Of a DNA stretch of 64,000 bases, positions 19,928 to 29,776 are shown in pieces; position 1 is the stretch's first letter; the number at the start of each line of letters is the position of its first letter. This stretch comes from Candidatus Thorarchaeota archaeon (GTDB taxonomy: Archaea; Asgardarchaeota; Thorarchaeia; Thorarchaeales; Thorarchaeaceae): NCBI GenBank assembly GCA_004524445.1, contig SDNP01000010.1, positions 22,637 to 86,636 on the forward strand, read 5' to 3'. Position numbers and translations under genes: made by a program. The notes under the pieces are model-generated. The model was not told where the DNA came from. It worked only from the letters and a program-made list of their open reading frames with translations, and ran no database searches.

Positions 19928-20659
19928 GTGATAAGCATGCAGACTGAACATACTCGCGTACGTTTCATTGATCGCGAACTGAGAAAAATTGAGGTGGAAC
20001 GAGGAGATATTGTGCTATCTTACCCTTTGAATGCGATACCCGATTCACTGTATGAGAAGATAGCAGGGGCTCTTGGTGGTGACGAACCCTCAGCAACAAA
20101 TCTTCGCTCAGTCTATAGAGACACCGTGATGAAACCTGCAGTCTGTACTTTTGACATACATCGTCCATATCCAATCAATGTCGCTACAAAAATCGTCCGT
20201 TTGACCCTTACTGATTCTGAGCTCGAAAAAAAGATTAATGATATAGAGGGAAAAATCCTCAGCTTCCAAGGTGTTCCTTTTGACGATTCTATTGAAGATA
20301 GAATCCAATTCTACAGAGACCTCTTCATCGATGATAAGAAGATTGACAGGTTTAGGATTGGAGCTGTTGAGATGTACGGAGACGCCACATACTCCAATAT
20401 TCTAAATGACCCTCGAGTAACGCTCGGATTCTATTGGCGTTCAAGCAATCCACCAAACGCCATGAGCTATCAAATCAATGCAATCGCAGAGATGGTGAAC
20501 AAGGATGACCCCTTCTATAGATACATGTGGGCTCTAAGGGGACTCTTTTCGCATAGATTTTTGGACTTGGGGCGCGATGAATATGTATGCGCCTACAAGT
20601 TTTGGGTTTCAGAAACTCATGAGAAATCATTGACTGGAAGAACTGGCTTTACGCCCTAG
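19928..20659 (+). CDS. Pyridoxamine-5'-phosphate oxidase-like protein, paralog 2
   Basis: TYSNILNDPRVTLGF..YQINA; shares YPLNAIP, NxATKIVRLTLTD and DPFYRYM with paralog 1. Confidence 0.62.
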   Translation: MISMQTEHTRVRFIDRELRKIEVERGDIVLSYPLNAIPDSLYEKIAGALGGDEPSATNLRSVYRDTVMKPAVCTFDIHRPYPINVATKIVRLTLTDSELEKKINDIEGKILSFQGVPFDDSIEDRIQFYRDLFIDDKKIDRFRIGAVEMYGDATYSNILNDPRVTLGFYWRSSNPPNAMSYQINAIAEMVNKDDPFYRYMWALRGLFSHRFLDLGRDEYVCAYKFWVSETHEKSLTGRTGFTP

Positions 20660-20663
20660 GAAG

Positions 20664-23123
20664 CTAATAGTTGGTCAGCTTGAGCAGTCTTTCTGGCAAT
20701 TCTTCGATGGATGCGATATCTAGTACAGCTCCATGAGACTTCTCGGCTAGTTTCTCAGCAGCTTGACTATTATATGAAGACCGTGGCACAAGAATAATCA
20801 TCTCGATGCCCTGTTGCTTGAATTTGGTAGCTAATTCCTCACAGATTGATTGGTCAGACAAGTAAGCATCCGTACTGAAGATGAATATTTTCTCCTTTGC
20901 ACGTGTATCCTCAAAATTCCGCAGAGCCAAGTTCATCGATTGGCGACCACCCGTCCCGCCGCTCGCACGAACCTCTAGCAAATCGGCAGCGACCTTTTCT
21001 ACTGAAACTGATTTGTCAGCAATTTCTTTCACAACATGGGTGTGACTATCAAAGAGTACCACGCCAAAATCATCTTTCTGGACGCCATATAGGCCTGCCA
21101 TGACGGATATGGATAGCATGCCCAGCTTCTCGGGACTATGCATCGAGCCTGATTTGTCAAGAGCCCAGTAAAACGCTCTGTGCCCCTGGTATGTTTCAGT
21201 GATCAGGAAATCCTCGGGGTCAACAAAGTTGAAATTCGTGTTTCCAGAGGAGAGCAGATGGTCTATTGTTTCTTCCAGGTCGATAAGGTCAATGTCATCT
21301 CCGATACGGAATGGACGGACAGTTGTGGACTCTTGGATGCCCCCTAGCATTGATGAACCCATAGTCTGTCGAGAATAGCGAAGACCAAGGTCAATGAGCA
21401 GCTGACTGGCAATCTTCTTCAGACGTTGCCGCAATTCTGGGGGCAGTTCGTCTCGGTATGAGTACCATATTCGAATCACATTAGAAGCTGGTCCGCCCAT
21501 AAGACCACCGAATACAGAGTTCGCTCGCTTTTGATCGACGCCGTGCATTCCGCGGCCTGACTGGCCCATTGCCGCCCGCAGGTCATGGTGGCCAATTGCG
21601 CCTAATGCACTTTGGTTGTCCCTTTCATGTGCCATATCGGCAAGAATTCTCAGTTGTTGATGTGATAAACCGGCTTGAGATACTAGAGTATGAAGCCTAT
21701 CAAAATCCGAAACTCCAGCTTGAATTAGTTTCTTAATGACCTCGAAGGATGGGTTTAGCAACTCCTGAATTTCCGTATCACTCATTCCAACACGTCTACC
21801 GGCTTTGGTAACAGCCTGCTCAGAAGCCGGTGCCCCCATTGAGGAACATTGTTGTACGCTCTGTCGCAGATGAGTTCTATCAGGAGACCTGCCCATAACA
21901 CCATCAGCGAGCTCCTGCATGCTTTCTTGCCATTTATTCCTGCATTGTGCGTCGGAAATTCCCTTCTTGAGATTCATCATCTCTTTGATTTTTTGTTTCA
22001 GAAAATCAGAAGGAGCAGACCGAGTGTCAGCATCCGTCAAGATATCATCAGTAACCCTGTCAACAAGATCATTCCAACTGGATGTACTCCGATGATTTTC
22101 GGCAAGTTGACGGAAATCAACCTTATCTCGTGCACCCTGCTCGTAGAAGTCTGCATATGACTTCATTACATTATCACTGACTCTTTCACCGGTAGCTGAT
22201 TCGATACTGGATCCCATTTCCATGGCGTCGCTTAGTGAGTAGTTTCGGTATGCAGACTTCACATGTTGGTCCAAAGAACCAGGGGTTCTCTCTAATCTCG
22301 ATGCATACTCCGCAGCCTCATCAAGATTCTTGAGGCTCTTCTGCAGTTCTTTGTCCATGGCTTTGAGCATGTCGTCTGACAATCGTTCAAGGTCTTCCAT
22401 GAGCTTCAGAGACTGAGCTGCAGAGGAAGGGTCACGATCTGCTAAGGCGGAGAATCTTTCTGCTACGTCAGAGTCCCCACGTAAGGCGCGCGCAGCTATT
22501 TGTTCCGCCTCGAAGGATGAATCACAAATCCTTTCTAGAGAGTTCAATGTTGCTGCATTCAGGAGGTCTTTATGACTTAGGTTTCCTGTGCCTTGTATTA
22601 ACTCGTCTGATGCCTTTTCCTTCAACTCCGAGTCAGAGGATATGCCTTGCAAAACGACATCTCCCTCATTCAAATAATCCATAGCTGCAGAATGCAGTTG
22701 CTTGTCCATTTTCTTTCGCAATTCTTGAAGGTAGGCATAGCCCGCCTCCACCTTATCTTGCTGAATTTTTGCTGCAAGTTCTTGTTCTGCAATTATTTGG
22801 TCTATGATGGACTGGATATGCGTGTTATTTCCAGAGGCTGGCTTCTTCACCTCTTTGACTGGAGGAGGCGGCATTTTCTGCCGCTCTCTTCCGAGTAGAA
22901 TATCTTCAGCAATTTTTCGTGCAATCTTTTGGTCAGGGGGGTGAGTTGTAAAGACTGCGGCATCCACAAAATCATCCAGTGATAATCCGCCTTGCTTGAA
23001 GTACCGGGCGGAAAGAAACTTCGGAATTGCTTGAGTCTGCCGAACACTCGGATAGAACCTGACTTCTTCTGATCTTCGCATGCGTGTCACAAATTCATGT
23101 GAGAAACCCGGAACATTTTCCAT
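20664..23123 (-). CDS. VWA-domain protein (CoxE-like), partner of MoxR
   Basis: C-terminal MIDAS DKSGS..GGT..STD, preceded by RPFRIGDD..IDLEETI; start MENVPG at 23123. Confidence 0.85.
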   Translation of the reverse strand: MENVPGFSHEFVTRMRRSEEVRFYPSVRQTQAIPKFLSARYFKQGGLSLDDFVDAAVFTTHPPDQKIARKIAEDILLGRERQKMPPPPVKEVKKPASGNNTHIQSIIDQIIAEQELAAKIQQDKVEAGYAYLQELRKKMDKQLHSAAMDYLNEGDVVLQGISSDSELKEKASDELIQGTGNLSHKDLLNAATLNSLERICDSSFEAEQIAARALRGDSDVAERFSALADRDPSSAAQSLKLMEDLERLSDDMLKAMDKELQKSLKNLDEAAEYASRLERTPGSLDQHVKSAYRNYSLSDAMEMGSSIESATGERVSDNVMKSYADFYEQGARDKVDFRQLAENHRSTSSWNDLVDRVTDDILTDADTRSAPSDFLKQKIKEMMNLKKGISDAQCRNKWQESMQELADGVMGRSPDRTHLRQSVQQCSSMGAPASEQAVTKAGRRVGMSDTEIQELLNPSFEVIKKLIQAGVSDFDRLHTLVSQAGLSHQQLRILADMAHERDNQSALGAIGHHDLRAAMGQSGRGMHGVDQKRANSVFGGLMGGPASNVIRIWYSYRDELPPELRQRLKKIASQLLIDLGLRYSRQTMGSSMLGGIQESTTVRPFRIGDDIDLIDLEETIDHLLSSGNTNFNFVDPEDFLITETYQGHRAFYWALDKSGSMHSPEKLGMLSISVMAGLYGVQKDDFGVVLFDSHTHVVKEIADKSVSVEKVAADLLEVRASGGTGGRQSMNLALRNFEDTRAKEKIFIFSTDAYLSDQSICEELATKFKQQGIEMIILVPRSSYNSQAAEKLAEKSHGAVLDIASIEELPERLLKLTNY

Positions 23124-23136
23124 GGTGGATTCGATT

Positions 23137-24075
23137 CTAGGTTGATTGGCCACTCTCAGAACTCCTCTTACTCCCAAGTACCCGTCTCACTAACGCATTA
23201 ACGGCAGGCTCAGCATCTACTCCAGGTCGGAATCGCAGTGCTCCTACCAAGACGTAATGCGCTGCTGTTGAAAGAGTGTTATGATCTATCTCCTCTAGCC
23301 TCTTCCGCCTAGCCATCTGCGCGCTCAGTCTGGCAATCGAAATGCCAGCTCGAATAGATGCTGGAATCTCAATATCAGTTGAAGAGCGGGTTGCAGAGAC
23401 AAGTGAGTAAATCTGCGCCAGTACATGATCTGATAGGTTATATTCCGGACAATTTACTTTCACTATCTCGATTTCAGTAGCCTTCCTTGGATAGCCGAGC
23501 TTTATCCATACTCGAATCCGGTCTCTCAATGCTTCACTTAGCCTATGGGCACCAGCCATTTCCTCGGGATTCATACTCAGCACTGGAAAGAAATCCTCAT
23601 CCGCTTGGATTCGCCCTAGACGCTGTACATTTGCTGAACGTTCTTCGAAGGGCTCAAGAAGACTATTTTGAACATATTCAGGCAATCGATTGGCTTCATT
23701 AAGCCCGAATACTGAGCCGAAAACCATGGATTTTAGGAGAGGCCCTGGTTCAAAAGATTCGAGATTGAACCCCTTCTGCAATACCAATGCCGGATTGAAG
23801 GAGCCAATAAGATGCGACGGTCTCACGCCCTCGTCGCCCGTAATCCAGTGGAAGTTCCTCTTGCTCTTTTCAGCATAGGCACGTAGAAGCAGAGTTTTAC
23901 CCACTCCAGGTGGGCCCACTATACCTGGTATGAGACCTGCATTCTCGCAGTCCTCCAACACCTCAAATGCGTCCTTATATTGCTCCTTTATGACTATGCG
24001 TACACGTTCCTGTGAAGCGGCATCCATGCGCTTCTTGAACTGCGATGCGAATAATCGATGTTCTTTTTGCACCAT
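23137..24075 (-). CDS. MoxR-family AAA+ ATPase
   Basis: GPPGVGKT, variant Walker B FGLNEANR, MNP, LSEALRDR. Confidence 0.9.
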   Translation of the reverse strand: MVQKEHRLFASQFKKRMDAASQERVRIVIKEQYKDAFEVLEDCENAGLIPGIVGPPGVGKTLLLRAYAEKSKRNFHWITGDEGVRPSHLIGSFNPALVLQKGFNLESFEPGPLLKSMVFGSVFGLNEANRLPEYVQNSLLEPFEERSANVQRLGRIQADEDFFPVLSMNPEEMAGAHRLSEALRDRIRVWIKLGYPRKATEIEIVKVNCPEYNLSDHVLAQIYSLVSATRSSTDIEIPASIRAGISIARLSAQMARRKRLEEIDHNTLSTAAHYVLVGALRFRPGVDAEPAVNALVRRVLGSKRSSESGQST

Positions 24076-24160
24076 AACGAACCCCCAATGTAAATTCGTT
24101 GTTAGACATCCATTTTAAACTACACTGTTTAATTCTAACGGTTGGTAGCTTGAATCTTCA

Positions 24161-24889
24161 TCAGCAATATATCTCATTAGCGGGATTATTCCCATATTTG
24201 ACCCAGAATGCCAAAAAGAATACAGCTACGATGAATATGTAGTCGCCGATGTTATACAAGTAGGTGCCAAACAGAGCCAAGTAGAAAATCGTATCCTCCA
24301 TTAGTGACGGAATTGTGTTTTTGACAAAATGAAGAATACTGGCAACTGGAATCACTACAGAAGCAAATTCAAAGAATATCGGCCGTGTCGAGTTGGCAGC
24401 TGCGGTCCAAAGTGTGAGCCCAGCTAGCGTCCACACAAAAATACGAGCTATATTGACGACAAACAGCCCAATAACCGGATCAACACTACTAAAGGCAATT
24501 TGCAGAGGAGCAACCACCACTAGAAACAGGAATCCCTGCGAGGCCATGGTTGCATATTTGTTGGGGGATCTGTCGTTGAATGCTTTGAAAGCCTGCCAAA
24601 ATAAACCACTATACAGGACGGCGAATACAGTTGTCAAGCCGCTTAACACTGATATAAGAACGGTGCCGTTCTGAGAAAACAATATTGGTCTATACGCCAG
24701 TAGTAGGCTGACAACAAAACCAGAGAACATGAAGACAGATGCATACAATCCGTATTTGAAGTATCTCCTACTTGACTCTAGCCTTGCTGAACGAGTCCCT
24801 GTTTCCATTTCATATTCTTGTGTGTGATGCTCCATTTTCTTCCCCATACAATCAATAGAAAGTTTGGATGTGGTGAACGACTTCTTCAT
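24161..24889 (-). CDS. Hypothetical membrane protein (~6 TM)
   Basis: Hydrophobic segments; exact start uncertain. Confidence 0.65.
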   Translation of the reverse strand: MKKSFTTSKLSIDCMGKKMEHHTQEYEMETGTRSARLESSRRYFKYGLYASVFMFSGFVVSLLLAYRPILFSQNGTVLISVLSGLTTVFAVLYSGLFWQAFKAFNDRSPNKYATMASQGFLFLVVVAPLQIAFSSVDPVIGLFVVNIARIFVWTLAGLTLWTAAANSTRPIFFEFASVVIPVASILHFVKNTIPSLMEDTIFYLALFGTYLYNIGDYIFIVAVFFLAFWVKYGNNPANEIYC

Positions 24890-25041
24890 TTAACATGGCA
24901 ATTCCAGAAACATAAAAGTCTGGTTTATCCACCAACTTTCACGTGTTTCATATTTCTACTTAATATAAGGGATAACATCAAGCTGTGAATAATTTTGCGG
25001 CTGAAAAAATATCAAAGTAAATTGTGTTTATGTGCCCTTCT

Positions 25042-25695
25042 TTAGGGGAGTTGGGACATCCTGCGGAAGAAAATTGCGAATAAGAGAATGGGTCTAATAA
25101 TTCCACACGTAATGAAATTTGGAATAATAAAGGGATTACTCGTGAACCTTGCCTGGTATAGAATGATTTGGATATTTCTAGTAAGGGCAAAAACACTGAA
25201 GGCAGTACAGAGAAGAAATACGAAACACATACTGATGTAGAGTTGCCTGTCTTTTGCTCTGTTTCGCTCCGACCAAAATACCACTGCTGCCAGCGCAGAG
25301 ATGGTAATTCCAGATACTAAAGAAACAAAAAAGGATGGAGTCGATGGTGATAAAAATCCAGCGACTGAAAATAAAACCATTGCCAAATAGCCGAGAGCCG
25401 CATAGTATGCAAAACGATTATTGAACTCGCGATAGACGGCCTGAAATCCCCTAGAAATCAAAAATATTGATGCAATATCTACTATATTCGAAATAAGGTA
25501 GAGTGCATTAGAGATAAGTAAATTGATCGAGCCTGAAGTCCAAGAGATCAATAAATACATGGTTAGAACTGACAGTACATTCCGTACGACTATTTGGATT
25601 GATACGCCAATTAGTCCTAGCCGGTATAGTTTCTTAATTTCCTTAGAAATGGCAGGTGGTATTACTCCCATATCGTAATGAATGCCTTTACCCAA
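25042..25695 (-). CDS. Hypothetical membrane protein (~6 TM)
   Basis: Hydrophobic segments; weak similarity to the neighbouring gene. Confidence 0.65.
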   Translation of the reverse strand: MGKGIHYDMGVIPPAISKEIKKLYRLGLIGVSIQIVVRNVLSVLTMYLLISWTSGSINLLISNALYLISNIVDIASIFLISRGFQAVYREFNNRFAYYAALGYLAMVLFSVAGFLSPSTPSFFVSLVSGITISALAAVVFWSERNRAKDRQLYISMCFVFLLCTAFSVFALTRNIQIILYQARFTSNPFIIPNFITCGIIRPILLFAIFFRRMSQLP

Positions 25696-25853
25696 TTGAC
25701 CTACACCCTAACCTAGTACTGGAATTCCCCAGAGCCTTTCAGTTTTTCCCATTAGAAGAGAGCTGCAAGATTTGACAACAAGCAATTCTGCGGGACTGTC
25801 TTAGATTCAATGGTTGGCTCTCAGCAGAAGCAGCATGCCTTTACAAAGATGTT

Positions 25854-26837
25854 TCACTGCATGAAGCATGAAGATTTTGTGAAAACACTAGGTGTCCCGC
25901 CAGTATGCCAGAAAAGGACCTTCTCATCGGATTCGATTTCGCCAGCCAATGCCATTCTTATCAGAGCCATTGCTGCTCGACCCGTATAGACCGGATCTAA
26001 AAGGATGGCATCCATCTTCGCGAACATCTCGATTGAACTCTTCACTCCATCACTCATTAGTGAGTATCCTTCTCCAAGAAATCTATCATCAATAGTGAAG
26101 TCGGGCGTGGATTTGGGGATGAAATCGTATTCCCTCTGCATCTCAACTAGTAGGTTGTTTACTTTCGCTCTATGCTGTTCTACATCATCCATAACAGTGA
26201 TAGCTATGATTTCTGAATCAATGTCCATCAGTTGAGCGCCTACCAACATTCCTGCGATCGTACCTGCAGTGCCAGATGCCATAATAATGCGGTCCGGAGA
26301 AGAGCCAACCTCATCAAATTGGAGCTTGACCTCCTCCATCGCCTTGACATACCCTAATGACCCGAGTGGGTAGGCAGCTCCGGCTGGAATTCTATGTGGT
26401 TTGAGTCCTAAATCTTGCAGCGTGTCAATAATAGTATCAAGCCGACCTGACAACGAATGAAAATCGTCATCTGGGAAGAATTTCAATTCAGCGCCTAAGA
26501 GCATGTCAAGAAGCAAATTACCTTCATAGACATCAGGCTCTTCACCTGCAAGAAGAAGGATACATCTCAATCCGGCAACTGCAGCTGCTGCAGCAGTTTG
26601 TCTACAATGATTTGACTGCAGGGCGCCAACTGTGACAAGGGTGTCTGCATTCTCCTCCATTGCCTTTCCAAGAACATACTCTAGCTTTCTGGTCTTATTA
26701 CCCCCAAATGCGAGGCCTGTTAGGTCATCGCGCTTAATCCATATTTCATTTAGCCCTAGGGAGTCCTCGAGATGCGATAATCGATGAAGGGGAGTCGGAA
26801 GATTTGCCAAATGAAATCGGGGGATATCTTCAAGCAT
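25854..26837 (-). CDS. D-cysteine desulfhydrase / ACC deaminase family PLP enzyme
   Basis: LPTPL, IKRDD..GGNKTRKLEY, QSNH, LDPVYTG, FWHTGG. Confidence 0.92.
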   Translation of the reverse strand: MLEDIPRFHLANLPTPLHRLSHLEDSLGLNEIWIKRDDLTGLAFGGNKTRKLEYVLGKAMEENADTLVTVGALQSNHCRQTAAAAAVAGLRCILLLAGEEPDVYEGNLLLDMLLGAELKFFPDDDFHSLSGRLDTIIDTLQDLGLKPHRIPAGAAYPLGSLGYVKAMEEVKLQFDEVGSSPDRIIMASGTAGTIAGMLVGAQLMDIDSEIIAITVMDDVEQHRAKVNNLLVEMQREYDFIPKSTPDFTIDDRFLGEGYSLMSDGVKSSIEMFAKMDAILLDPVYTGRAAMALIRMALAGEIESDEKVLFWHTGGTPSVFTKSSCFMQ

Positions 26838-27293
26838 CGGTTACACAGTCGTTCCAGTTAACAGTGAGATGAGATACATCAGTCTTGTTATGATGATAGC
26901 AGCCAACAGCGGATTCACGCCGCAGTTGGCCATGCATGTGCATAGGTCTACAAGGATAGCAGTGTTAAAAATCTCTCTAGATACGAGAATCGCGATTGAA
27001 ATCAACCTCCCGCTATGATTCCAAGCAGAACCAATGCGCCACCGAAGTCAATCATTGCCAAGGAAGCCCGTACAATCTCAACGCCCCGAGTCAATTCAAG
27101 CACTCTAATTGTTCGTTCCAAGAAACTCATACTGTCCTTCGCTCTTTTCCGATTCAAATTCTGCGGTTTCTTCCCTTTGAATCGCAGGAAATCTACGCTC
27201 CATAATGGAATTAATTCTCGATATCTTCCAGACTCATTTTTTTATTAGTCAGCTGGTGATGCTTCAAGGGGCAAATTCACCATAGCATTTACA

Positions 27294-27473
27294 TTAGAAA
27301 ATGAACCAAAACACATCAGTAAATATTGCTAAAAGGATTGATATCAGAATCAAAGCTACAACAATTTGACACCAACACTCGCAGCACCTGTCGCAGCACC
27401 CACTACTTTTTTCCTCATCTTCTTCATGGCGTTTTGGTGGCTGAATGTCGTCGGGCAGTGGAATTTCAGTCAT
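27294..27473 (-). CDS. 59-aa cysteine-rich tail-anchored microprotein (missing from ORF track)
   Basis: ATG at 27473 with AGGAG 8 nt upstream; MTEIPLPDDIQPPKRHEEDEEKSSGCCDRCCECWCQIVVALILISILLAIFTDVFWFIF*. Confidence 0.75.
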   Translation of the reverse strand: MTEIPLPDDIQPPKRHEEDEEKSSGCCDRCCECWCQIVVALILISILLAIFTDVFWFIF

Positions 27474-27627
27474 GTTTTCGGCTCCTAACTACGCTGAGAT
27501 AATGTACCACAGTCCATTTTGTGTTCCTTAAGAAATTATTGGCATCAGATTGGTGAAAATGTCCTATCCAGAAGAAAGATAACTGAGAACATCTTAGGGA
27601 ACAAGTCTAGATCATGAAGGCGGTCAC

Positions 27628-29136
27628 ATGTCAGCATATGAAAAACTACTAGTTAAAACAAAAGAGATTCTGCTTACTTACAGCTCATTAAGCATCTTGA
27701 ACTGGGATAGGGAAACATACATGCCTGCTGGAGGAATCGGACTAAGAAGCGAACAACTTGGTTTGATGAGCCAACTGGCGCATAGAATGAATGTCAATCC
27801 AGAAATCGGGGACCTTTTGGCAGAGGCAAGCAAGGGAAAGGATTCTCTCAACGATGTGGCCCAGCGCGACCTGTATTTAATGAAGAAGCAGTATGATGAA
27901 CAGACAAAACTGCCCGAGAAACTGGTCGCAGATATCGCTAAGCAAAGAGCAGTATCAACAGAAACATGGAAAAAAGCGAAGAAAAAACAGGATTGGGACA
28001 TGTTTCAGCCCGAGTTGACGAAGATTGTTGATTTAGCCAAGGAAAGAGCTGAGTATCTTCAGGAGGTTAAGGAAGCATCCAACATTTATGACGCCATGAT
28101 TGACGATTTTGAACCAAAAATGACTGCAGGTGAGATAACTCGGGTCTTTGATGAACTGAAGAAGGGGCTCATCCCTCTTACAAAAAAATATGCGGATGAA
28201 ACAGCTGACTTTGACAACTCATTCATGAATGTGAAAGTTCCCCTGCCTTTTCAGCGGAAACTGGCAACTGAACTGGCAGCTCTGGTTGGTTATGATACGA
28301 CATCTGAGGAGGCTTCAGGGAGAATCGATGAAGTAGAACATCCTTTCACCACAGGCTATTATGATGACGTTCGGATTACGGTTCACTACCATGAAGATAA
28401 TGTGGCGTCAGCAATCTTTGCGATTCTACATGAGGCAGGTCACGCACTATATAAACTAAATCTGAATCCAGAGTGGAAGTTCCAAGCAATCGGCTCTGCA
28501 TGCAGCGCAGGTATCCATGAATCGGAGTCAAGATTCGTGGAGAACATGATTGGGCGGTCGCCTGAGTTCTGGGAGTTCTACTATTCCAAACTGAACAACT
28601 TAACCAACAATGCATTCAAGGGAATTTCCAGAGAGCGCTTCACTCAAGCTGTAAACCTAGTTCGCCCCTCAAAAATCAGAATTGAGGCCGACGAGGTTAC
28701 CTACTCCCTACATATCATCATAAGATTTGAAATAGAGAGAGACCTTTTCAGCGGTAAGATCGAGGTCTCTGAATTGCCTCAGATTTGGAACGAAAAATAT
28801 GAGAAGTATCTTGGAATTGAGATTGAGAACGATTCTGAGGGAGTAATGCAAGACACACACTGGGCTAGTGGACTCTACGGGTACTTTCCCAGCTATGCTC
28901 TGGGGAATGTGTTTGATGGTATGTGGTACAATAGGATGAACGAAGACATTCCTGATTGGTATGAAGAGGTTAGAAGAGGCAACATTAGAAAGGCAATACA
29001 CTGGCACATGGAAAATATTCATCAGAAGTCGAATAGGTACGATCCGGCAGACTTGATTGAACGTGTTGCGGGAGAGAAGATGACTGCAAAGCCTTTCTTA
29101 GCATACCTTGAGAACAAGTTCAAGAAAATATTCTAA
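27628..29136 (+). CDS. Carboxypeptidase, M32 family (Taq-like)
   Basis: HPF, DVRIT, HEAGH (HEXXH), HESES, IRIEADE, QDTHW..GYFPSY. Confidence 0.95.
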   Translation: MSAYEKLLVKTKEILLTYSSLSILNWDRETYMPAGGIGLRSEQLGLMSQLAHRMNVNPEIGDLLAEASKGKDSLNDVAQRDLYLMKKQYDEQTKLPEKLVADIAKQRAVSTETWKKAKKKQDWDMFQPELTKIVDLAKERAEYLQEVKEASNIYDAMIDDFEPKMTAGEITRVFDELKKGLIPLTKKYADETADFDNSFMNVKVPLPFQRKLATELAALVGYDTTSEEASGRIDEVEHPFTTGYYDDVRITVHYHEDNVASAIFAILHEAGHALYKLNLNPEWKFQAIGSACSAGIHESESRFVENMIGRSPEFWEFYYSKLNNLTNNAFKGISRERFTQAVNLVRPSKIRIEADEVTYSLHIIIRFEIERDLFSGKIEVSELPQIWNEKYEKYLGIEIENDSEGVMQDTHWASGLYGYFPSYALGNVFDGMWYNRMNEDIPDWYEEVRRGNIRKAIHWHMENIHQKSNRYDPADLIERVAGEKMTAKPFLAYLENKFKKIF

Positions 29137-29203
29137 AAACATGGCAAACCGGAGTCTTGGCAATTGATGTCAAGGCTCTAATTCCCAGAAAACTTCCCCG
29201 GTG

Positions 29204-29776
29204 CTAGGAATCTATCATACCAGCTTCTTTGTCTACTTGAATGTCAACAGCCAGTTCTCTGAATACTTGGTCAATATTCTCTCCTGTTACAATATTTGCC
29301 AATCTGACGGGCAAATCAAGTTGCTCGCCCAATTCAACTATCTTTTTCACTTCCTCTTCAGTCATTTCCAATGAGGAATCACCAACCAAGACTATGGGAA
29401 TCATTCTACCTGAATGGGCATGAATAGCATCAATAAATTCAGGAATATGAGTAAATGAATCAAGATTTCGAGGATTGACAGCGAGAAGTGCTGCATCAAA
29501 TCGTCTATAGTAATCCCGCGGCTCCATGACATTGTATAACTCCCACACCCATGGACCATGGAGCTCAAGATCCAGTTCCATTGTGGTTATCTCTCCATCA
29601 ATGGAAACAGACATGAATTTCGTCCATTCTGCCTCTGGCCAATCACTAGCTAGAGCTTTTTCAGCTAGTTTTCGAGGATACCTTAGAGAGTCATTAGTCA
29701 GTTTGGCACAGAGGCCATAACCCAATATTGAATCACCCGCCACAAGCACTTTGTATCGGTCATGTTCTGAACTCAC
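29204..29776 (-). CDS. Degenerate Ras/Rab-like small GTPase-fold protein (pseudo-GTPase)
   Basis: YKVLVAGD start, YYRRFDAALLAV..SF, IPIVLVG, TGENIDQVF; G1, G3 and G4 residues are missing. Confidence 0.7.
   Translation of the reverse strand: MSSEHDRYKVLVAGDSILGYGLCAKLTNDSLRYPRKLAEKALASDWPEAEWTKFMSVSIDGEITTMELDLELHGPWVWELYNVMEPRDYYRRFDAALLAVNPRNLDSFTHIPEFIDAIHAHSGRMIPIVLVGDSSLEMTEEEVKKIVELGEQLDLPVRLANIVTGENIDQVFRELAVDIQVDKEAGMIDS

Noticed and set aside
26890-26960. C/D box sRNA (ATGATGA present)
   Set aside because: No CTGA D box at a suitable distance downstream
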